Below, piece after piece: positions 18,224 to 26,600 of a stretch of DNA of 64,000 nucleotides. The translations under genes and the position numbers were made by a program. The notes under the pieces were generated by a model. That model was not told the origin of the DNA. It saw only the letters and a program-made list of their open reading frames with translations, and made no database searches. Positions within the stretch are counted from its first letter, which is position 1, and each line of letters starts with the position of its first letter. Source of the stretch: a virus; IMG/VR virus record IMGVR_UViG_3300010157_000040, positions 44,698 to 108,697 of that record. One strand, written 5' to 3'.

Positions 18224-20527
18224 ATGTTTTATAAAGTAAAAATTAAAAAAGTTCCAAAAGCAAAAGTTGGATACCAAGTACAAGGTTCATTAGCTAATGA
18301 TGTTCCTGCAATGGGTGGTGCAGATTATAATTCCTATATGGGAGTTCCTAATCCAAAAGTAAAAAAAGTTTTACAACCTGTTCCAAGAGAAGAAGCTAAT
18401 TTAGAAGCTGAGAAAGGTGAAACAGTTATTGGAAACATAGATGGTTCTATGATGCCATCATTATATACTATTGGTGGTAAACGACATGTAAATGGAGGTA
18501 CACCACTTAATCTTCCTGATGATAGTTTTATTTTTAGTGATACTAAATCTATGATGATATCTGATCCACTTATACTAAAGATGTATAACAAACCTGTTAA
18601 GAAAGGTGGTTATACTCCGGCAGAATTATCAAAGCAATTTGATATGAATAGATACAGGAAGATTTTACAAGATCCAAATTCTGATTCAATTGACAGAAAG
18701 ACTGCAGAAATGATGATCAAAAACTATGTAATGAAACTTGGTGCATTAGCATTAGCACAAGAATCTAAAAAAGGTTTTCCACAAGGTATACCAGAAATTG
18801 CTAAACCATATATGGAAGCAAATAAAATTAGTGAAGATCAACTTATGCCACAAAAAGCAAAAGAAGAAGCAAGTGAATCTCCACAACAAGAACAACAAGA
18901 GTCTGCAGGTCATGATATGCAAGAAGGTGAAGCACCAACAGAAATGCCTGATGGTTCTCCTGTTGCTATGCCAGGTTCTATGGAAGAATCTGTAGCACCA
19001 GAACAAGCACCAGAACAAACTATGGAACAACCTACCATGGAACAGATGCAAGAAGCTCCTATGGCAGCTTATGGTATGCAAATGGGTGGTTATGATACTT
19101 ATGGAACATATGCTTTTGGTGGTAACTTATACAAAGCAAAAGATGGTATTATTACACCATATGGACAAGCAAATACTACACAAGGTAATGTTACTCCAAT
19201 GAAAACTGATGATAAATTTAGTTCTACTGGACTTGCACTTCCTGATTATTTAAAATCTTGGGAAACAAACATACCTGGTATAAGTACTAATATGTCAGAA
19301 GGTGATGCACAAAAAGCAATGTATGAGTGGTCATTAAAAAATAATCCAGATGCTATTAGAAACATGTGGGGAACACATGGTCTTACAGCACAAGGAATGA
19401 AATTAAGAGATCAAAGAGCATTATCTACTAATGGTACAGGTACATTTACTGCAGAACAATTAAAAGATCCTGCATTACTTGCAAAATTACAAGCATCATA
19501 TGTAGATAAAAAGTTTGGTGTTAGACAGTTAGATCCTAATAAACCACCACCACCACCAGAAGGTCCATGTCAATGTACAGATCCAACTGGAAAAATAGGT
19601 CCGTATAAACCAATGGTTAATGGTAAATGTTCATGTGAACCATCTACAACTATAAAAACATGTGTGTGTACTAAAGAAGATGGTACTGAGTATGATCCAG
19701 GTAAAGATGCTGATGGTAATTGTAAAGAGTGTGAAGAAGTAATACCACCTGATACAAAGTATCCACCAGCTCCTCCTGCAGGACCTGCAAAATGGTGGTT
19801 ACAAGATACTGTAAATAGTATGGGTGCATTTGGTGATTTAGCTAGTATAAAAAAACAAATGCCATGGGAAGCTGCAGTAAAACTTGAAAAACCAAGACCT
19901 GTATTTGAAAATAAAGATAGAGAACTTGCTGCACAAGCAGAACAAGCCGCAATTGCAACTGATGCAGCTGCAGGTTTTGCAGGTGGTGCACAACAATTAG
20001 GTTCTAGAACTTCTGGTATTCAGGGTAATGCAGCAGCACAAGCAGCAAATACAAGTGCTAGAGTTAATAATACTAATGTTAACATAGCAAATCAATTTGA
20101 AGGTCAAAGAACAGGTATTGCTAATCAAGAATCTATGTTAAACTCACAAATGAGAGGTAGAGTATATGATAAAAATGTAATTGCAAACCAACAATTTGAT
20201 AATTCTAAACTTGCTGCAAGAGGTAACTTAAGACAAAATTATAACACAGGAGTTACAAATAAGTGGAAGACAGATGCAATGAATCAAATGACACCTAACT
20301 ATCAAGTTGATCCAAGTTCTGGAGGTAGAGTACATTATACTCCTACTGATAAGACAATAGATAAAACTGCACAACAAGAAACATTAAATTCATTTATTGA
20401 TAGTATCCGTGATGAACCTATAGAAATTCAAAAATTGTTAATCAAACAAAAGTATGGAAAAATGGGTGGACAGATGTTTGAACATGGTGGTTTTGTGTAC
20501 ACAGTATTCCCTGCAGTAACATTATAA
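18224..20527 (+). CDS. Virion cargo/ejection protein with EAEKGE...GKRH.NGG N-terminal domain
   Basis: NLEAEKGETVI...GGKRHVNGGTPL...FIFSD domain; Cys-rich pair of repeats; A/Q/N-rich coiled-coil C-terminal half. Confidence 0.6.
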   Translation: MFYKVKIKKVPKAKVGYQVQGSLANDVPAMGGADYNSYMGVPNPKVKKVLQPVPREEANLEAEKGETVIGNIDGSMMPSLYTIGGKRHVNGGTPLNLPDDSFIFSDTKSMMISDPLILKMYNKPVKKGGYTPAELSKQFDMNRYRKILQDPNSDSIDRKTAEMMIKNYVMKLGALALAQESKKGFPQGIPEIAKPYMEANKISEDQLMPQKAKEEASESPQQEQQESAGHDMQEGEAPTEMPDGSPVAMPGSMEESVAPEQAPEQTMEQPTMEQMQEAPMAAYGMQMGGYDTYGTYAFGGNLYKAKDGIITPYGQANTTQGNVTPMKTDDKFSSTGLALPDYLKSWETNIPGISTNMSEGDAQKAMYEWSLKNNPDAIRNMWGTHGLTAQGMKLRDQRALSTNGTGTFTAEQLKDPALLAKLQASYVDKKFGVRQLDPNKPPPPPEGPCQCTDPTGKIGPYKPMVNGKCSCEPSTTIKTCVCTKEDGTEYDPGKDADGNCKECEEVIPPDTKYPPAPPAGPAKWWLQDTVNSMGAFGDLASIKKQMPWEAAVKLEKPRPVFENKDRELAAQAEQAAIATDAAAGFAGGAQQLGSRTSGIQGNAAAQAANTSARVNNTNVNIANQFEGQRTGIANQESMLNSQMRGRVYDKNVIANQQFDNSKLAARGNLRQNYNTGVTNKWKTDAMNQMTPNYQVDPSSGGRVHYTPTDKTIDKTAQQETLNSFIDSIRDEPIEIQKLLIKQKYGKMGGQMFEHGGFVYTVFPAVTL

Positions 20528-20571
20528 ACTTTTAAGATTTAGTAAACTTAAAAAATTTTAATATATTTATA
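20525..20571 (+). promoter_or_regulatory. Putative late promoter/operator, second copy
   Basis: TAAACTTTTAAGATTTAGTAAACTTAAAAAATTTTAATATATTTATA aligns with 12370-12416. Confidence 0.55.
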
Positions 20572-20590
20572 CTATATATAAAGACAAATT

Positions 20591-23500
20591 ATGGCAACGT
20601 ATTTACAAGGTGTCACAGATTACATTCCTCAATTTCAGCCGTTTCAACCGGACCTGAATTTCTATTCTAATATTTTACAGACTAAACAAAGTCAGTATGA
20701 TACTAATTGGAAAGCATTAAACACAATGTATAGTCAGTATTATAATGCTGACCTTACAAGAACTGAAAATGCTGATAAGAAAGATCAATATATAAAAGGA
20801 ATAGACTTTAATTTAAAAAGAGTATCTCAATTAGATTTATCATTAGAACAAAATGTAGATCAAGCTACACAAGTATTTAAACCATTTTATCAAGATAAAG
20901 GTTTAATGAAAGATATGGCATGGACTAAAAATTATAATGCTGCAGTTGGAAGAGCTGAATCTTTAAAAACTGCATATGATGATAAACAAAGAGGTCAATA
21001 CTGGGCAACAGGAGTAACTGAATTAAATTATCTTAAAGATGAATTTAAAAATACTACTTCAGACAAAGCAATGAATTTTGGTAATGTTAGTTACACACCT
21101 TATGTAAATGTAAGTGAAAAAGCACAAAAAATTGCAAAAGACTTTGGTAATATGGAAACACCAAGTTTTAGTAAAGATGGAAAATTTATTTTAAAAACTA
21201 AAAATGGTGAACAATTAATTGAACCACTTAGTAAATTATTTGAATCTAGATTAGGAGATGATCCTTCTGTACAAGCTTTATATAAAACACAAGCATATGT
21301 AAATAGAAAAGATTATGCATATTCTAATGCTGCTCAATTTAATGGAGACAAGAATGCTGCAGAAATGAAATATCTTGAAACTAGTTTTACTTTACTTAAA
21401 GAAAAAAGTACTGCAAGATATAATGCATTAAAAGAAAATTCACAAGGGTATACTGATAAGATAGCAAATTTACAAAAACAAGTAGATGATAAAACTGCTT
21501 CTCCAGAAATACAAAAACAACTTGCTGATTTAAAAATGAATAAAGATATTAATGACAAAGTATTAACAAGATCTGAAGAAGAACAAAAAACATTAAATGG
21601 TGGACAGTCAAGTACTGCTACTACAACTACCGGTTTTGTTAATCCTTATGGAGATTTAGAATCTTTAAGATGGAAAGTAGATAATGGTATGGCATCTACA
21701 TTAATGCAAAAAGATTTAAATGAATCTGCACAATTATTTGCTTATAGTAATTATAAACAAGATATTGAAGCAAATCCATATGCTGTATTAGAAGAAAAAA
21801 ATAGATTTAGTATGCAACAAATTGCTGCAAGAAATGCAGGTTTAGAGCGTGCTGTTAAATTAAAAGTTGCAGGTGATGCAAAAAATACTTTGAATGCTGC
21901 AAGAATAGCTGCCGGAACACATTACTTAGATGAAGAAACAGGTCAAGTAGTACCATATGAAGCATTTCAAAATATAATCAGTGAACCTTCTGATCAAGCA
22001 CATACTGACAAGTTAAACTTAAAAGAAACTAGTAAACGTATAAATGATGTTCAAGCACAGACTACAGGTATACCTTATCTAAAAAATACTGTAGGTTTAA
22101 TACAAAAACTTGTTACAGAACATTCAATGACTCAACAAGAAGCATCTGCAATTTTAGGTTATGATAAAAATCCTAATATTTCTTTAGATAGTTTTAGTAA
22201 AAAATTAGATAAGTATGGTGTTAATTGGATGCGTAATGAAGTTGGTGCTAAAAACTTACATCAGATAGAAAAAGAAATGACTACTTGGTTAGGTCGTAAT
22301 AGTGAACAGTCTGGTTTAAATAGTGAACAATATCAAGCATACAGAAAATCTGCAATTAGATTTGATGATTATACAAAGTATTTAAAAGAAGATCATGAAT
22401 GGAGAAAAACAACTTCATTTGAAGTAGAAAGAGAGTTAAGAAAACAAGGTCTACATGGTGCTGATTATTTATATGACAATGGAGGTAATCTTAGAACAAG
22501 AGAAGAATTCATTGATATAATGGAAAAGAAAGGTAAGATTGATTCTCAAGAAAGTAAACATGAAATTATTGTTTCAAAAATAGATAAGTTGGCTAATGAA
22601 AAACATAAGTTATTAGAAGATAGATATAATAATGGTAAGCATTTTAAAAATGGAATTGAAGCTCAACAAGCATTACATAAAGCAAATGATTCTGAATTAA
22701 AAGCATTTGATCAAGAAATAATTAAATTACGTCATCAATTACCAGAAAATTTAAGAAATGGTTATGAAATGGGTAAGATTAAAGGAAACATGTATGATAA
22801 TTATGAAGCTTTAGTAAATGCAGCTGGTAAAGTATATACAAGTGGTAGAATTAAAAAACCATTACCTGGAATGGCACAGTTTGGTGAAATGGAAGGTACT
22901 GGTACATTTGCTCCACGTGTAAATACAATATTAGTAAATCCTAAAGGTCATGGACCTACATCAGTATTTGCTGGTGAAGTATTCAGAGATTTAGATAATA
23001 ATATAGACTGGGGTGACAATACTAAAAATAGAGCATCATTTAGAGGATTTAATAAAGGTTCATGGGATAACCATAGTAATGGTGATTTAAATAGTACTTT
23101 TAGACAAGTATATGAAGCAATGCGTAATGAACAAAATACTGCAAAATCTAAAATGGGTAACTATAAAATTACAGTATCTCCACTTGCTGCAGGTTCAATA
23201 AATAAAGTTGCTATAGTTATTAAACCAGATTTAACATGGTTAAAAACTCAAGTATATAATGTTGATAAAGATGGTAATCAAAATAGTCCAGGAACAATTA
23301 GTTATGAGCAATTTAAAAATATATCAACATATGGTATGAACATGATTACTGATGCTAAAAATATGACAAACAGTTTATATACTACTGCATACCAAAGTCC
23401 ATTACAATCTTATGTAGATCATCATGAAGGTGGTTATGTTTATACTGATCCATTAAATCCTAATTATAATTTAACTATTCAAAAAGGTGCAAAAGGTGGT

Positions 23501-23686
23501 GGTGATTATATGCAAACAATTAATTATCAAACTTGGAACCCAAATACAAATTCATATGATAATCAAACAGTAGTAGATAATTCAACTGTTTTTGGAGCAA
23601 ATTTGGAAAACAGTAGAGATGATTTTACACAATGGATAGATAATATGAAAATCCAGAATAAACTTATAGCCAATGGCAACTACTGA
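20591..23686 (+). CDS. Ejection/cargo protein
   Basis: 1031 aa, helical/coiled-coil, N-terminal YIPQFQPFQPD, no Cys seen; precedes the giant ejected proteins. Confidence 0.55.
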   Translation: MATYLQGVTDYIPQFQPFQPDLNFYSNILQTKQSQYDTNWKALNTMYSQYYNADLTRTENADKKDQYIKGIDFNLKRVSQLDLSLEQNVDQATQVFKPFYQDKGLMKDMAWTKNYNAAVGRAESLKTAYDDKQRGQYWATGVTELNYLKDEFKNTTSDKAMNFGNVSYTPYVNVSEKAQKIAKDFGNMETPSFSKDGKFILKTKNGEQLIEPLSKLFESRLGDDPSVQALYKTQAYVNRKDYAYSNAAQFNGDKNAAEMKYLETSFTLLKEKSTARYNALKENSQGYTDKIANLQKQVDDKTASPEIQKQLADLKMNKDINDKVLTRSEEEQKTLNGGQSSTATTTTGFVNPYGDLESLRWKVDNGMASTLMQKDLNESAQLFAYSNYKQDIEANPYAVLEEKNRFSMQQIAARNAGLERAVKLKVAGDAKNTLNAARIAAGTHYLDEETGQVVPYEAFQNIISEPSDQAHTDKLNLKETSKRINDVQAQTTGIPYLKNTVGLIQKLVTEHSMTQQEASAILGYDKNPNISLDSFSKKLDKYGVNWMRNEVGAKNLHQIEKEMTTWLGRNSEQSGLNSEQYQAYRKSAIRFDDYTKYLKEDHEWRKTTSFEVERELRKQGLHGADYLYDNGGNLRTREEFIDIMEKKGKIDSQESKHEIIVSKIDKLANEKHKLLEDRYNNGKHFKNGIEAQQALHKANDSELKAFDQEIIKLRHQLPENLRNGYEMGKIKGNMYDNYEALVNAAGKVYTSGRIKKPLPGMAQFGEMEGTGTFAPRVNTILVNPKGHGPTSVFAGEVFRDLDNNIDWGDNTKNRASFRGFNKGSWDNHSNGDLNSTFRQVYEAMRNEQNTAKSKMGNYKITVSPLAAGSINKVAIVIKPDLTWLKTQVYNVDKDGNQNSPGTISYEQFKNISTYGMNMITDAKNMTNSLYTTAYQSPLQSYVDHHEGGYVYTDPLNPNYNLTIQKGAKGGGDYMQTINYQTWNPNTNSYDNQTVVDNSTVFGANLENSRDDFTQWIDNMKIQNKLIANGNY

Positions 23687-26600
23687 TGTTGATGCAGGAT
23701 TTAATTCATTAGATCCTTTAGGTCCTGAATATGGTAAAATAAATGCACCTTTATTAGATAGTAAAGGTGTTGCACCTTTTGAAGGTGACAAAATAAAAAT
23801 GCCAGAAATTAATTTCCCGGTTACTCCAAGTTTTGGTAGTAGTTTGGATATGCCGCAACATAATGTTAGAACGGCAATTGTAGGTTCACCACCTAATAAA
23901 CCAGGTGGTAATAAACCATTTGATTATAATGCTTTTGTTAAAGGTACTAAAGATCAATTAAGAGGTCAACTACAAACTAGTCAAGATAAAAGTTCATATG
24001 GTAAAATATATTCTTATGATGCAGGTCCAGATGGTAATGCATTCTATAAAAGATATCAAGCATATGGTCAAGATACATTTGACAAAATTGGTTTCTCACC
24101 ATTAAGAGATAATGAAGCAGTATTTAATTCCCGTACTACTATGTGGGATGACCATAAAAGAATGATGCAACATTCATTCTGGCCATTGTTTGGTAGAGGT
24201 TTCATTGCTGGTCCACAGAGTTTATGGAAAATGGCACAGGGAGATTTTACTAGTACAGATACTGAAGATGCAAGAGCATATGCAGATGCTGCTGCTATAG
24301 GTCAAACTACCAAAGGTGGTGTAATGGGTTTTACAAACAATATGTTAATGAACTTTGGTTATTCTGCAGGTATTATGTCTGAAGCAATAATAGAAGAAGC
24401 AGTAGGTACATTAGTTGCACCTGAAACATTAGGAGGTAGTTTCTTTCTTACTACTGCAAATGCTGCAAAGAATACCATGAAAGCAATAAAAGGATTAGAT
24501 ATTGCAGTTGATGGATATAAAGCAGTTAATACAACTTTAAAAGCAGTTGATAATATAAATGATGCAAGAAATTTTTGGAAATCTGCAGCAAATGTTGCTA
24601 AGATGGATTTTAGTCCAATTAAAAATACAGTAACTGCATTAACAAGTTTAGGTAAAACTGTTGAAAAAGGTGATCAAGTATACAACTTAACTAATTTAGC
24701 TAAGATGTATAAAACTGCTGGTGGTTTTTATAAAGATGTTAGAGGTTTTAATATGGCTTTATCTGAAGCTAGACTTGAAGCAGGAATGGTAGAAAATCAA
24801 ATTTATGATAATGGTTACAATGCATATTATAATAAATTTGGTGAAGCACCGGATAATAAAGCACAATATGCTTTACTTAAAGAAGCTAAGAAAGGTTCAT
24901 TAGATACATTGTATTGGAACACGGCATTAATTTATGGATCTAATGCAATTACTTTCCCAAATATTATGGGACCTAAAGGTGGTGTTGCTGGATTTATGAA
25001 AAATACTATTAAGGAATTTACAGAAGTAGGTGGTGGTAAATTTGGTAATTTGGGTAAAGTTGTTTATGATCAAAGCAAAAAATTATTTGCTTTTAAAAAA
25101 AATAATCTTATTAACATGGTTAAAGACTATGGAAGACAACCATTATATAAATCAGTTAAAGGTACTGTAGGTTATTTTAAATCAAATTTTACAGAAGGTA
25201 TTCAAGAAAGTTTACAGGAAGTTATTTCTGGAGCAAATGAAAAATATTATTCTGATGCATATGATAGAGCAGTAATAAGATCACATGAATATGCTAAAGG
25301 TGTTAGTAGATATAATGTAGAATCACAAGGTGCAAAATCTAAAGGTGAGTATTATAAAGAAGAATTAAAAAATCAAAAAACTGGTCAAGGATTTGAAACT
25401 TTTGCTTCAGGTTTTTTCATGGGTATGTTAGCAACACCACTTAATGCAGCTATACCACATATGTTTGTAGGATACAATAGAGTATTTAATCCAAAAGCAT
25501 ATCAAGAATTTAAAACAGAAAAATTAAATATTACCAAGAATGTAGTAAATAATCTTAATGCAATTGACATGAAAGATTTTTTAGATTCAAAAATATTTAA
25601 TTATGCAACACAAGATGCAGTTGCAAGTATTAAGAATACTGGTACAAAGAAAGAAGCACATGATGCTGATTTAGATGGTTTCTTATCTCAAATGAATCAT
25701 GTAAATCAAATGGGTGCAATGGGTGTATTTAGAGATAAACTAAATGAACTTAAACAACTTACACCTGAAGAGTTTGAAGATAACATTCCTAATATTCCTA
25801 AAGGTGAAGGTGCTAAGTATCAAGCTAAAATAGATGATGTTGTAAAGAAAACTGAAAGAATAGAACAGAGATATAAGTATTATCAAGATAAACATCCTAA
25901 TCCAATATCAAATGATAATCTTCCACCAAAAAATACTCCAGAGTATGAAGATGCAGTTTCATTATATCATGCATGGAATAGAGGTGTTGAAAATGCAATT
26001 TATTTTAATGAAGCATTTGAAGATGGAATGAAAAGAAAAGTAGATATTCAAGGTAGATTTTTAGAACAATCACCATTGAAGTCTATGACACATAGAGATA
26101 GTGAAGTTATATTTCAACCAAAAGAATTAAAAAAAGAAATTGGTTTTCTTAAAAATGAAATTGATACATTAAAAACTTTAAGTGATCCTGAATCAAAACA
26201 AGAGTTAATTTCTAAAGAAAAGAAATTAGCAGCAATGGAAAAATTAGAAAAAGGATCAAGTTCATTTAGTAATTTTTTTAATAGATATCAGAATACTGAT
26301 CAGATTAGAAAAATGTTACAAGAACAAAAAGGTGGTGAAGAAGTAACTGATGAAGAAGTTGAAGCTGTATTAGATAATGTATTAGGAGAATTTTCAGATG
26401 ATAATAAAATAAAAGTAACTTCTGATTATGAATCAGCATTTAAAGGTTATTTAAAAACTACAGCTGAATTAAATGATGATTATTTATTTGATCAAAAAGT
26501 AGATGAATCATTTGCATTATTAATGGATCATCATAAGTTAGATCATGAATCTAAAGGTTTAATGAAATATATCAATCTATTACATGATCCGGGAGGATTT

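Noticed and set aside
19638-19650. GAACCATCTACAA (EPST) as a fourth copy of the RNAP repeat
   Set aside because: Only a 10-nt match built from common codons, lacking the CTAGTG half
9930-20490. GGTGG runs as Chi-like DNA sites
   Set aside because: Explained by in-frame Gly-Gly with the preferred GGT codon; the signal appears to be at protein level
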